DNA from: an uncultured Planctomycetota bacterium
Lineage (GTDB): Bacteria > Planctomycetota > Planctomycetia > Gemmatales > Gemmataceae
Assembly: GCA_963849325.1 (NCBI GenBank)
Contig: CAWKHF010000007.1
Span: 96,001-160,000, forward strand
Length of the DNA stretch: 64,000 nucleotides
Direction of reading: 5' to 3'
The first letter of the stretch is position 1; each line of letters starts with the position of its first letter. The translations under genes were made by a program, and so were the position numbers. Under the pieces are notes generated by a model. That model ran no database searches, was not told where the DNA came from, and saw only the letters and a list, made by a program, of their open reading frames with translations. Below, in pieces: positions 11,752 to 24,280 of the stretch.

Positions 11752-12194
11752 TCATTCCGGGACCAGCAATGTCCCGTCAGCGGCGAAGAAGCCGCGCTCG
11801 TCGATCTGGTAGACGCCGGCGGTGCTGGCGGCGAGGAAGCGGCACAGGCCGAGGCACACGGTTTCGGCCGGCGTCGAGGCCTCGACGCGGTGCAGGGTGA
11901 AGAGCTGCGTCGTCTGGATCATGCGCTCCATCAGGCGGACTGTGTTCGGCATCGCCGTCGCGCGTCTCCAGCCAGGCGGCCCAGCTATTCAGCTCGGCGC
12001 GGATGCCTTCCTCTTCGGCGAGATAGCGTTCCAGCTGCAAAGCCACGCCGTCCACGACGAGGTCGGCCTGATACCAGCCGGAGGCGTCCGCCGCGAATTC
12101 GCCGGAGACGGACGCGCCCTGGCCGGAGACAGAATCAAGGACCGCCGCGGACGCCGGCATCTCGGAGGTGGCTGCCGAAGACGCGATACCACAC
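11752..12194 (-). CDS. hypothetical protein inside the MoxR operon, frameshifted
   Basis: GTG start reading MWYRVFG; coding-like segments '[24 protein letters not shown]' and '[14 protein letters not shown]...[21 protein letters not shown]' across frames. Confidence 0.55.
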
Positions 12195-12219
12195 GGCCGT
12201 CCTCCTTCCGGGAGGTTCG

Positions 12220-13244
<1,025 letters not shown>

Positions 13245-13338
13245 CGTGCGGTTCCTCGGCAGGCAGGGACGAAGGCAGACCACGATGGATGTATTGTAAA
13301 GAAGGAGGACGGGGAAAGGCAAAGGGCCATAACGGAAT

Positions 13339-13382
13339 GCCGCTTGCGGCTTAGCGTTGACACACGCGAAGCCGCAAGCGGC
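13339..13382. repeat. REP-like palindrome (GCCGCTTGCGGC family)
   Basis: gccgcttgcggcttagcgt...acgcgaagccgcaagcggc; related copy at 17405-17451 and a half copy at ~10790-10806. Confidence 0.75.
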
Positions 13383-13430
13383 TCCTTTCGTTGGTGACTC
13401 TCTAGTTGCGAGGCAACGGACTCCCACGGT

Positions 13431-16400
13431 ATGATGACGGGCATGTCTACTCCATCATCCAATCCTTCGCGTCCCGCGCTGGAGTATCGTATCCTCGGCG
13501 CGATGGTGGGAGTGCTGGGGGCCGCCTTGCTGCTGGCGCTGGGGAGCCGAGGCGCCGAGACGCCCAGCAAACTCACCGCCGAGAAAGTACGGCAACTCCA
13601 GGCGAAATACCAGGAAGAACGCGCCGCCGCCGACAAGGAAGGGCTGACGACAAAGTTCTCTCCCGAGTGGTACGAGAACGCCGCCAAACTGGCGAAGCAG
13701 GGCGACGAGGCGCTGACGGCCGGCCGGCTCGTCGAGGCGTCCGAGAGCTTTCACCGAGCCGCGTTGGAGTCTGCCGGGTCTGCCGCCGCACCTGCCGGAG
13801 CACGTCGGCCGTATCTTCGGCGACGGCCGGCTGCGCTTTACCGGCCCGGTGCTGGCCCTGGCCTACAGCCCGGATGGCCGGCGCCTGGTCACCGCCGCCG
13901 GCGATGCCGTCGTCCGCGTCTGGGACACCGACAACGGCCGCGAGGTCTGCCAGTATAACGGCCACAACGACGAGGTCTATGCCGTCGCCTTCCACCCGGA
14001 CGGCAAGTTGATCGCCTCGGCCGACAAGAGCAACGCCGAGATCAAACTGTGGAACGCCGACACCGGCAAGCCCGTCAAGGGCTTGCAGGGGTACAAGGAG
14101 TTCGTGACCAGTATCGCCTTCAGTCCCGACAGGCAATTGCTGGCCGCCGGCGGCGACAAGGACGTGCGCGTCTACGACATGGCCACGGGAGCCACCAAGC
14201 ATGTTCTGCGCGGCCACACTCAGCTGGTCCGCAGCGTGGCCTTCAGCCCGGACGGCAAATCGCTCGTATCGGCCGGCGCCGACAAGATCGTCCGTTGCTG
14301 GGACACGACGACGTGGACGGATCGCTTCGCCACGCCGCCTTTCCGCGGCGATCTCTTCGGCATCGCCTTCCATCCGGACAGCCAGACGTTTGCCGTCGCC
14401 ACCACCGACCCCAATGGGGCCAAGCTGCTGTCGGCGGTGGACGGCAGTGAACGGCAGAGCTTCGAGGGCCACAGCAAAGAAGTCATTTCCCTGGCCTTCA
14501 GCAAGGATGGCAAGCGCCTGGCCACCGGCAGCAACGACCAGGGCATTCGTCTGTGGGACGTCGCTACCGGCCAGACCCTGCGCACGCTCCAGGGCGGACA
14601 CAGCGCGGGCGTGACGTGCCTGGCCTTCAGCCCGGACGGCCGAACGCTGGCCTCCGGCAGCACGGACCAGACGGTGCGGCTGTGGGAGGTCGGCAGTGAC
14701 GAGCAGGCGCGCGAGCTGGCCGGCCACCAGGGCGCGGTCTGGTCCGCCCTGTTCAGCCCGGATGGCCGGCACATCGTCTCGGCGGGGGCCGATAAGCTGG
14801 TCCGCATCTGGGAGACGCTCACCGGCAAGGAAGAGCGCGTCCTCAAGGGCCATCATTCGCCGGTAACGGCGGCGGTGTACAGCCCGGATGGCAAATTCAT
14901 TGTCTCGTGCAGCGGCGACAAGCTGCTCAAACTGTGGGACGCCGCGACCGGCCAGGAAGTGCGCACCTTCACCGGCCACACCGCTGCCGTCACCAGCGCC
15001 GCCTTCAGCCCCGACGGCAAACAACTCGTCTCCGGGGCGGCGGATCGTCTCGTCAAGGTTTGGGAGGTCGAGACCGGCAAGGAGCTGCACTCGCTGCCGG
15101 GCCACGCCTCGGTCATCAGCGCCGTGGCCTGGGGCCGCGACGGCAAGCGCCTCGCCTCGGCCGGCGGCGACAACACAATCCGGCTATGGGACGCCGGCAC
15201 GATGAAGGAGGAGCGCACGCTGCTGGGCCACGGCGGCGCCGTCAGCTCGATCGCCTTCAGCCCGGACGGGCGGCAGCTGGCCTCGTGCGGCGGCGATCAG
15301 CGCATCCTGCTGTGGAACGTGGACGGCTCCGGTTCGCCGCGGGCCTTCCTCGGCCACAGCAGCGTCATCAGCTCGGTGGCCTTCAGCCCCAACGGCAAGC
15401 TGCTGGCCTCCGGCGGCGGCGATCAGGTCGTCAAGCTGTGGGACGTGCAGGCCGGCATCGAGCTGCACTCCTACCAGGGCCACAAAAACTGGATCAGCTC
15501 GGTCGCTTTTAGCCCGGACGGCCACTACCTCGTCTCGGGCAGCGTCGATCGGACGATCAAGCTGTGGGAGTTGGCCGGCCAGGCCGGCGGCGCCGCCTTC
15601 GGCCACACCAAGGAGGTCCGTGCCCTCGCGGTCAGTCCCGACGGCAAGCTGCTCGCCTCGGGCGGTGCCGACCAGAGCGTGCGCTTGTGGGAGCTGGCGA
15701 CCGGCCGCGAGCTGTTCGTGCTGGAAGGACGAATAGCGGGACAAGTCAAGGAGATCACGGCCCTGGCCTTCACGCCGGACAGCAAAATGCTGGTGTCCGC
15801 CGACGAGGACAACACACTCAAGTTCTGGAACACGGCAACAGGTAACGAAGTCCGCGCCCTCCGCAACGAGAGTCCGTCGCCCCTGGGCATCCCCGTCCTG
15901 ACGGTGACGCCCGACGGCAAACACCTGATTGCCTGGGTCGCCACCACGGAGGTCAGCACCTACACGCTGGCCGACGGCAAGCAGACCGCCGCCTTCGCCG
16001 TCGGCGACAGCAGCTCGAAGATCAACAGTCTGTCGTTCAGCGCCGACGGCACCATCGCCGCCCTGGGCGGAACCGACGGCGTTGTTCGCCTCTGGGACGT
16101 CGTCAAGAAGCAGCGCCTCGGCGATGACCTGAAAGCCCACGACAAGGAGGTCATGGACCTGTCGCTGACGCCGGACAAGAAGATGCTCGTGACGGCCGAC
16201 CGCGCCGGCGAGGTGAAGGTGTGGGACCTGGGCAAGCGGCAGGTCGTGCGCACGATCGCCGCGCATAAACAGAAAATCATCGCCGTGGCCATGAGCCCGG
16301 ACGGCTCGCGCTTCGCCACGGCGGCGGCGGACAACGTCGTCAAGCTGTGGGACCGAGCGACCGGCAAGGAGCTGCGGCAATGGGACTTGCACGTCCCGGT

Positions 16401-16515
16401 GCTGACCAACAGCGACAAGGCCCCGTTCGTCCGCGCCTTGCTGTTCGCACCCGATGGCAAGCACCTGGCGACCGGCAACGCCGATACGACGCTGTATTTG
16501 CTCGATTGTCCGTAG
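13431..16515 (+). CDS. exported WD40-repeat protein (~21 repeats), frameshifted near 13770
   Basis: signal-like hydrophobic N-terminus in 13431..13958; repeated 'GH...V..VAFSPDG..LASG..D.TVRLWD' units in 13849..16515. Confidence 0.92.
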
Positions 16516-16588
16516 TCGGGAACAAAACCTCCGACAACGGCGTCTCATGTTTCGCGCTCCCTTCCGTTCTCCTTGAAAGCGAGGCTCT

Positions 16589-17311
16589 ATGAAACGACTT
16601 CTGGCATTGGGGTTCCTGCTCGGTCTGATTGGTCTGGTCGTGCCGGCGCCGGCCGCCGACTCGACCGACAAGGCGGCGTCCAAGGAAGCCCTCCAAGAAC
16701 TTCAGGATTTCATCGGCGGCTGGAAGGGCAACGGTGGCCCCGACAAGCCGCGTCCCAGTCCCCGCGATCCCGTCTGGAGCGAAAACGTCAGCTGGAGCTG
16801 GCGCTTCAAGGGCGACGACGCCTGGCTGACCATGACCGTCAAGGACGGCAAGATCTTCAAGTCCGGCGAGATGCGCTACCTGCCGGACAAGAAGCTGTAC
16901 CAGTTGACCACCACCGACAAGGACGGCAAGAAGGCCGTCTTCGAGGGCCAGATCAAGAGCGAGACCCTGACGCTCACCCACGTCGATCCCGCTACGAAAG
17001 TGACACGGCAGATCCAGATGAACACCGCCGCCGAGGGCGTGCGCTTCATCTACCGCGTCGCCCACAAGGACAAGGGTTCGACCATCTGGAAGAAGGATTA
17101 CGTGGTCGCCTGCACCAAGGAAGGCGAGAGCCTGGGCAAAGCGGAGAAGAAAAACATCTGCGTCGTCTCCGGCGGCGTCGGTACCATGCCGATCAGTTAC
17201 AAGGGCGAGACGTATTACGTCTGCTGCTCCGGTTGCGCCGAGGCGTTCAAGGAAACGCCGGAGAAGTACATCGCCGAGTACAAGGCCAAGAAAGCGGGCA
17301 AGAAGAAATAA
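16589..17311 (+). CDS. secreted protein with C-terminal YHS/TRASH-like domain
   Basis: signal peptide; 'CVVSGG...YKGETYYVCCSGCAEAFKETPEKY'. Confidence 0.8.
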   Translation: MKRLLALGFLLGLIGLVVPAPAADSTDKAASKEALQELQDFIGGWKGNGGPDKPRPSPRDPVWSENVSWSWRFKGDDAWLTMTVKDGKIFKSGEMRYLPDKKLYQLTTTDKDGKKAVFEGQIKSETLTLTHVDPATKVTRQIQMNTAAEGVRFIYRVAHKDKGSTIWKKDYVVACTKEGESLGKAEKKNICVVSGGVGTMPISYKGETYYVCCSGCAEAFKETPEKYIAEYKAKKAGKKK

Positions 17312-17325
17312 AGGCAAATTTCCTT

Positions 17326-17392
17326 CGTTTAGCCGCGACGCGCAGCGGAGCGCGGGAGTATCCCGCGCTCCGCTGCGCGTCGCGGCTAAACG
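17326..17392. repeat. perfect REP-like palindrome, 32-bp arms
   Basis: cgtttagccgcgacgcgcagcggagcgcggga-gta-tcccgcgctccgctgcgcgtcgcggctaaacg; near-identical copy at 63594-63652. Confidence 0.9.
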
Positions 17393-17537
17393 GGGACCTT
17401 TCCGAGCCGCTTGCGGCGTAGTGTCCCGACAACGCTACGCCGCGAGCGGTTTCGCTTTTCCGGAAAAAAGTAAAAGCACTCCTCGCCCTCAGGGCAGTGA
17501 TAAATAGAGACACGGATTCGCTGGGAGGGTTGGATAC

Positions 17538-19515
17538 GTGGCCCCCGCGCGCTGGCGTCCGGTGATTGACTATCTGCGCATGATCGCGCGACGTCCGCAG
17601 CCGGAGGAGCGCGGCGACGCCTGGCTGCTGGCTCGCTTCGTCGCCGACCGCGACGAGTCGGCGTTCGCCGCCCTGGTGCATCGGCACGGCCCGATGGTAT
17701 TCGCCACCTGTCGCTGTATCCTGGGCGACGTTCACGATGCCGAGGACTGCTTGCAAGCCGTCTTCCTCGTTCTGGCGCAAGGCCGCCTCGCTCCGCAATC
17801 CCGATCGTCTGGCCAACTGGTTGTACGGCGTCGCCCGCCGCACTGCTGCCAAGGCGCGCGTGCGCAGCGTCCGGCGGCGAAGGCACGAAATGCCTCTCGT
17901 GGATGTTCCCGGCCAAGGGAGCGACGATCTCATCTGGCGTGAGTTGCGGCCGGTCCTCGACGAGGAAATCGCGCGTCTACCCGCTCGCTATCGGCCGGCA
18001 GTGGTCCTGTGCTATCTCGAAGGAGCGAGCAACGCCGAGGCGGCGCGGCGGCTCGGCTGGCCGCGCGGCACGGTAGCGACGCGCCTGGCCTGGGCGCGGC
18101 AGCGGCTGCGCTCCCGACTGGAGTGGCGCGGCATCACCCTGCCGGCCGGCGCCCTGACGGCGCTTCTGGCACAGGAGACGGCCGAGGCCGCTATCTCGGG
18201 GAGACTGGCGAAAACGACCGTCGAGGCGTCTCTGCGCTTCGCCGTGGGACAGGGAATGACCGCCGCCACGACGTCGGCGGTGATGCTGGCGAAAGGAGTG
18301 CTCACGAGCATGACCATGACCAAGGTGCAGTTCGCCGTCCTGATGGTGCTGACCGCCAGCGTGGTCGGCGTCGGTACGGGCTGGCTGGTGCGCTCTCTGT
18401 CGAGCGGCGAGCGACCGCAGGCTGTCGCCCCGCCCTCCGTCGCACGAGCCGAACCCGACCGCAACGAGATCCTGAAAGAGGAGATCGCGGTCCTGCAACG
18501 TGAGCTGCGAGAGCTGAAGAAGTCGCCGGCCGCGAAACCGACGCCGCCGGAAGCGAAAGAGACAGCGGCCGCCGACTCGCTGCCTCTCCTGTATCAAGGA
18601 AAGCCTGCCAGCGCCTGGTTGGTGACGCTCCGCGACCGCGATCCGGATTACCGCGTCAAGGGCATTAAGGCGCTCGATTCTCTCGCGCAGGTGGACCCGT
18701 CGTTGATCCCGGCAATTATGGGATCTTTGAAAGATAACGACCCAGAAGTCCGCACGGCGGCGGTCAATGCCCTCGGCGACATCGGTTCGCCGGCCGGTGA
18801 AGCCGTGCCCCTCATCCTGCGGAGCGGCTGTTCCATCCAGAACATCCTGAATGCCCTGGACGAGATCGATCCCAAGGGTCAGCGGGCCATGCCAGCCGCG
18901 TTGGCTGTCTTGAAGGAGACGGAAGCGCGACCACGACAGACAGCCGCTTTCGTCCTGCTGCACTTCGACAAGTCCAAGATGCGTCTTGGCATGACCGGCT
19001 TTGTCGATGCCTTCCAAGCGGAGGACGAGAATTTCTTCTGGTATGATCGAACGACGAAGGCAAGCGAGAGTGTCACGGTGCATCTCATCGCCGCGTGGGC
19101 GCTGGAGCAGATTGGGTCCCAGGCGCGCGAAGCCGTGCCGGCCTTGGTGCGAGCGCTCCATTCTCCCCTGCATAACTCGGATGCCGTCAGAGCGTGTAGT
19201 TCCGCTTTGACAAGCGTGGACCCGGAAGGCAAGGAAGCGATTCCGTTGTTGATAAAAGAATTGGCTTCCATGAAACAACCTCTCGATGATTCCGATAGAG
19301 GAGAGCGGACTTGTGTGATCCGCGCTCTGGCCTTGTATGGTCCAAAGGCCAAGGCGGCGATTCCGACTCTGCGAGAAATCGTCAAGAAAATCGAATCCTC
19401 GAAACACCCCAATTTCGCAGAAGGACTGCATTTTGTCGCTATCGACGCCCTTAACAAGATCGATCCCAAGAAGCCGCCAACTAGCAAATCGAACAAGGCG
19501 GCGAAAGAGAATTAG
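17538..19515 (+). CDS. ECF sigma-70 factor with TM helix and C-terminal HEAT repeats, frameshifted near 17780
   Basis: 'LLARFVADRDESAFAALVHRHGPMV...DAEDCLQAVFLVL', 'LANWLYGVARR', region 4 'EAARRLGWPRGTVATRL'; HEAT-like 'DPEVRTAAVNALGDIG..A.EAVP'. Confidence 0.88.
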
Positions 19516-19533
19516 ATGTCTCGGAGCAAATTC

Positions 19534-19650
19534 CCTGAGCGGGGGGCGTTAGCCCCCTGAGTCTTGCGAAACTCAGGGGGCTGACGCCCCCCGCTCAGGT
19601 GGAACTGCGTCAGCGCCCCGAGTATCCCACGATCTCGGGGCGCTGACGCA
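19534..19650. repeat. two adjacent REP-like palindromes
   Basis: cctgagcggggggcgttagccccctgagt...actcagggggctgacgccccccgctcagg (19534-19599) and tgcgtcagcgccccgag...ctcggggcgctgacgca (19606-19650). Confidence 0.85.
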
Positions 19651-19777
19651 ACCCTGCTCGCCAGGCATACCCCATCTCTTTTCCCTTTCCTCTCCCCGTA
19701 CCGACCGATATGATCGCTGGCAGATACCCCCCCTGCCTTGGGGCCTTCCCTCGCCTCCTTCCTTGCGAGAATGCACC

Positions 19778-21813
19778 ATGAACGTCTCGTCTCTTTCTTC
19801 CTTGTGCTTGCGTATACTGCTGGGTGCCGCCGTCATGCTGGCGTGGGCCGGCCACGGACAGGCGCAGAAACCGGCCCCGCTGCCGGTCAACCCGCAGGCG
19901 CCGGTGCTGAAGCCGGCCGTGCCGCTGGGCATGCAGCGCGGCACCACACTGGAGCTAAACCTTACCGGGACCAATCTCGCCGAGCCGACCGGCCTGTGGA
20001 CCAGCTTTCCCGCCAAGGTCGCCATCCCCACCGAGGGCAACAACGGCAAGGACAATACGAAACTGCTCGTCCGTCTCGACGTACCCAAGGACGCCCCGGT
20101 CGGCTTCCATGCGATCCGGCTGGCGACGCGGCGCGGCATGTCGAACCTGCGCCTGTTCTGCATCGACGATCTGCCGCAGGTGCTGGAGACGAGCACGAAC
20201 CACGCGCCGGCCACGGCCCAGGCCGTGCCGGTGCCGTGCGTCGTCGCGGCCAAGGCCGACGCCGAGACGACCGATTACTTCAAGTTCCGCGTCACCGCCG
20301 GTCAGCGCGTCAGCTTCGAGGTCCTGGGCCGGCGGCTGGGCAGCCTGTTCGATCCGCAGTTGCAACTCCTCGACGCCGCCACCGGACGCGAATTGCCGGG
20401 CGCCTACAGCAACGATGCGCCGGGCTTGCAGACCGACGCCCGCATGACTTACACCTTCAAGAATGCCGGCGAGTATCTCGTGGCCGTGCGCGACGTCAGC
20501 TATCGCGGCGGCGACGACTTCCATTACCGCCTGCGCATCGGCGATTTTCCCTGCGCCACCACAACGCTGCCGCTGGCCGCCAAGCGCGGCAGCAAGGTGT
20601 CCGTGCGCTTCGCTGGTCCCACCGTGGACGGCGTTGCTCCCGTCGAGGTGACGGTGCCGGCCGACCCGGCGGTCGAATCACTGGTACTGGCGCCGCGCGG
20701 GGCCAACGGCTTGCACGGCTGGCCGGTCAGCCTGGCGGTCTCCGACCTGGACGAGACGCTGGAGCAGGAGCCGAACAACGAACCGGCGAAGGCCAACCGT
20801 ATTGCCGGTGCCCGGTGCCGTCACCGCTCGCTTCGAGCAGAAGGGCGACATCGATTCCTTCGTCTTCGCACTGAAGAAGGGCGTGCGTTACACCATCGAG
20901 GTACAGACGCACGAACTCGGTTCGCCGACCGAGGTGTACATGACCCTGCGCGATGCCAAGGGGGCACAGCTGCAAGCGAGCAATCCGACGACGGCGCCGC
21001 GGCTGGACTTCACGCCGCCGGCCGACGGCGATTACACGCTGCAAGTGGAACACCTGCACCTGTGGGGCGGGCCGGACGAGGTCTACCGCGTCCGCGTCGC
21101 GCCCTCCGAACCGGGCTTCGATCTGACCGTGGCGCTGGACCGCTACGATGTCGGCCAGGGCGGCAAGCTGTCGATCCCCGTCCTGGCGCCGCGGCGCGAC
21201 TTCGGCGGTCCCATCGAAATCAGCGTCCTGGGACCGAAGGGCATCAGCGGTCATCTTGCCGTCGCCGCCGGCAAGGCGCCGCCGGCCAATCAGCCGATCG
21301 GCACGTTGACCGTCAACGTGGCCGACGACGTGCCGCTGGGTGCGTATGCCTTCCGCATCCAGGGCAAGGCGACAATCGACGGCAAGGTGGTGACGAGGTT
21401 GGCCAGCGCTCGCACGGCCGTCAGCCAGGGGTTGGCCAACCTGCCGCTGCCGCCGAGGGAGATGCTGACCACGATAGGCCTGGCCGTCACGCCGAAACCG
21501 CCGTTCACCCTGGCCGCGAAGCTCGACGCCCCGTCGTACATGCCCGGCAAGCCGGCGACGCTGACGGTCACGGCCACGCGCTCGGCCGGCTTCACGGCCG
21601 AGATCGTCCTGAGCGCCGCCGGCCTTCCGCCCGGCGTCACGGCGGCGTCTGAAAAACATCCCGGCCAATCAGAACGAGGTCAAGGTGCAGCTGACTCTGA
21701 CGCCGCAGACCAAGGTCGGCCAAACCTCCCTCGTCCTCACGGGCAAAGCCAATCACCAGGGCCGCGATGTGACGGCTACTGCGCCGCCGGTCGCCCTCGT
21801 GGTCAAGAAATAA
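19778..21813 (+). CDS. secreted PPC (pre-peptidase C-terminal) domain protein, frameshifted
   Basis: signal peptide; 'PLGMQRGTTLEL.LTG', 'DYFKF...GQRVSFEV..RRLGS..DP', 'EQEPNNEP..AN', typical planctomycete PPC architecture over three frames. Confidence 0.8.
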
Positions 21814-21827
21814 AAACGCCATCCATC

Positions 21828-22253
21828 CTACGGCCCTTGTCTGTATTTCCGGGCGATTGCTAATATCACATGGATGATGATGAGGAGGAGAGTGCCGCCC
21901 GCGAACGACCACAGACCGGCCTGTATCGTCCTACGGGTTCCGGTGAGAAAGCCAGCGATAAAACATGCGGCCCCGATGGCCTGTAGTAGGCAGGCAATGT
22001 AGAATCCGAATTCAGAGGCAAGCGGCTTCTGTTTATGTCTCCATTTGATTACTAAGATCATGGAGCTGAGAATCATGAGAAGAACGGCGCCGGTGAATAA
22101 GGGAACGCACAACCATACCCCAACAATAACGAGCTGTCTAAGGCCAGCGAAAAAGCCAATGATCTCACACAGCAATCCTAGAAGTCCCAGTATTGCTGCA
22201 ACCCGGACGCAAAAATCGATAGAAAGCAGCTTGCCTGACATTCGGACAATCAC
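21828..22253 (-). CDS. small 4-TM membrane protein, candidate orphan immunity protein
   Basis: 141 aa with four hydrophobic stretches, low GC, distal end of the toxin locus. Confidence 0.55.
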   Translation of the reverse strand: MIVRMSGKLLSIDFCVRVAAILGLLGLLCEIIGFFAGLRQLVIVGVWLCVPLFTGAVLLMILSSMILVIKWRHKQKPLASEFGFYIACLLQAIGAACFIAGFLTGTRRTIQAGLWSFAGGTLLLIIIHVILAIARKYRQGP

Positions 22254-22283
22254 TGCCTATGGCTGTGACGCAGCCCAATATCT

Positions 22284-22442
22284 CTATGTTCGCTCATCCT
22301 GGTGTAGTTCACCATCACTGGTATCAGGAGAGGGTGCATCATATAGCTCGTATCGCACGCCTTCTACTTCACCGGAGGCGATTGGCTTCGCACTGGTTGG
22401 TTGATACTCTGCGAGGATCTGCGAAACAGTGCGGTTATTCAT
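22284..22442 (-). CDS. small acidic ORF (MNNRTVSQILAEYQP..., 52 aa), candidate immunity gene or fragment
   Basis: own translation; ATG overlaps the TGA of the upstream 22439..22627 ORF (ATGA coupling). Confidence 0.35.
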   Translation of the reverse strand: MNNRTVSQILAEYQPTSAKPIASGEVEGVRYELYDAPSPDTSDGELHQDERT

Positions 22443-22748
22443 TCTCTCGTAGCGCCTTCAATTCCATACCATCCAACATAGTTCCGTAGGATGGTACGAA
22501 GTTGCTTACTCAATACTGGCGGCAATGCCTGAATGGCTTTCGTCAAAGAGATGGACACTTCCTGAAGGCTTGAGCCTGAAATCAATCTTCCCCCATGATC
22601 TGTCACGGCATTTCTCCGCAATAACACGTTATGGCTTCACGAGAAGCACTCCATTCCTCCATGCCCATTGGCTTCCAGCGCTATCAATATACCATATATC
22701 CATTTGGAATTGCTGAGATGCCCACTGCATAAGACTTTGGCAATCTCT

Positions 22749-24280
22749 CTGTACTTTCCGTGATTTTCTCATAGTTCGCCATAAGCGACAACTTCGGGAG
22801 ATAATTCTTGGTGAGGTCGAGCAACATGGCAGCGACGGGCGGGTGGACGATAACCGGCTCCCCGGACACGATGAGGGGTGACTACCGTCCCTCGTCTCGC
22901 CAAGGAGCCGGCCATGCCATTGTCGCAACTGCCCACCTCGTTGTCCGCCTGGCTGTCCGACATCACCGCTGCCCTCGATCGCCGCTCCGCCCCGCGACTG
23001 CTCCTGCTGCTGGTCGGGGCCCTGTTCGCCAAAGGACGCCGTACCGTCATCTCCTGGTTCCACGCCGCCGGCATCACCACCGACTTCCGGCCCGCCTACA
23101 ACGCCTTGGGGGCTGCTGGCCGCCGCGTCGATGCCCTGAGCTACCGCCTGCTTGGCATCGCCCTCAAGCCGCTGATGCGTCGCATCCCCGGCGACCGTCT
23201 GCTGTTCGCCATCGACGATACGCCGACGGCGCGCTACGGACCCTGCGTGCAGGGCGCCGGCATCCACCACAACCCCAGCCCCGGCCCCGCCGGCGAAAAG
23301 TTCGTCTACGGTCACGTCTGGGTCAGCCTCGCCTGGTTGGCCCATCACCCGGCCTGGCACACGCTGGCCCTGCCGTTGCGTGCCCTGTTGTACGTCCGCG
23401 CCAAGGACGTGCCGGCGTTGGCCGAGAACTACCCCTGGCCGTTCCGCACCAAGCTGGAACTGGCTGCGGAGTTGGTCCGCTGGTTGACGGTCTGGGTGGG
23501 CGGTCTGGGCCGGACCTTGTGGCTGGCGGTCGATGGGGCCTACGCCAAGCGACCGTTTTTGCAGCCGGTGATGGCGTTGGGAGTGGTGGTCGTCAGCCGG
23601 CTGCGCAAGGACGCTCACCTGATGACCCTGCCACCGACCCGACGTCGGCACGGACAGCGTGGACCGTTGCCGACCTACGGCAAGGAGCGGATCGACCTGG
23701 CCAAGCGTGCCGGACAGCAGCGGGGCTGGCGGCGGCTGGAGTGCGTGCAGTACGGAGAGCGGGTGGTCAAGCAGATCAAGACGTTCCAGGCGACCTGGCG
23801 GCCGGCGGGCGGCTGCATCTGCGTGGTGCTCGTGCGTGAGGACGACGGCTGGCTGGCCTACTTCTGCACGGACCCGGAGGCGACGGCGACGCAGGTGCTG
23901 GAAGCGATGGCCGACCGAGGTGCGATCGAGCAGATGTTCAAGGATGTCAAGGAGGTCTGGGGTGCCGGCCAGCAGCAGGTGCGGAACGTGTACGCCAGCA
24001 TCGGAGCCTGGGCGGTGAACCTGGTGATGTACAGCGTGGTGGAGGCGTGGGCTTGGACGCATGAGGAGGAGGAGTTGGTGGACCGCCGTCGGTCGCCGTG
24101 GGACACCAAGGATCGTCGGCCGTCGCACGCGGACAAGCGGAAGGCGTTGCAACGGCTGATCCTCCGAGAAGAAATCCGCGCGGCTGTCGAGGGTCGGCCC
24201 GAGTCGGAAGGGTTTCGGAACGTGGCTATCCGCCTGCTCGATTTAGCCGCCTGACTGTAAGACTCTCACGGAAAGTACAG
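22749..24280 (+). mobile_element. insertion sequence, IS701-like, 1532 bp
   Basis: 15-bp terminal inverted repeats CTGTACTTTCCGTGA (22749-22763) / TCACGGAAAGTACAG (24266-24280); direct repeat AATCTCT at 22742-22748 and 24281-24287. Confidence 0.92.
22914..24254 (+). CDS. DDE transposase (IS701-like)
   Basis: AAGGAG RBS; 'FAIDDT', 'AVDGAYA', 'RGAIEQMFKDVKE' DDE triad; intact 446 aa. Confidence 0.9.
   Translation: MPLSQLPTSLSAWLSDITAALDRRSAPRLLLLLVGALFAKGRRTVISWFHAAGITTDFRPAYNALGAAGRRVDALSYRLLGIALKPLMRRIPGDRLLFAIDDTPTARYGPCVQGAGIHHNPSPGPAGEKFVYGHVWVSLAWLAHHPAWHTLALPLRALLYVRAKDVPALAENYPWPFRTKLELAAELVRWLTVWVGGLGRTLWLAVDGAYAKRPFLQPVMALGVVVVSRLRKDAHLMTLPPTRRRHGQRGPLPTYGKERIDLAKRAGQQRGWRRLECVQYGERVVKQIKTFQATWRPAGGCICVVLVREDDGWLAYFCTDPEATATQVLEAMADRGAIEQMFKDVKEVWGAGQQQVRNVYASIGAWAVNLVMYSVVEAWAWTHEEEELVDRRRSPWDTKDRRPSHADKRKALQRLILREEIRAAVEGRPESEGFRNVAIRLLDLAA

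Noticed and set aside
13573-16683. Long antisense ORFs opposite the WD40 gene and other GC-rich genes
   Set aside because: Typical stop-poor shadow frames of high-GC coding DNA, with no domain motifs.
22629-24152. 507-aa antisense ORF across the transposase
   Set aside because: Shadow frame of the IS; only its last ~39 codons are real (the severed deaminase C-terminus).
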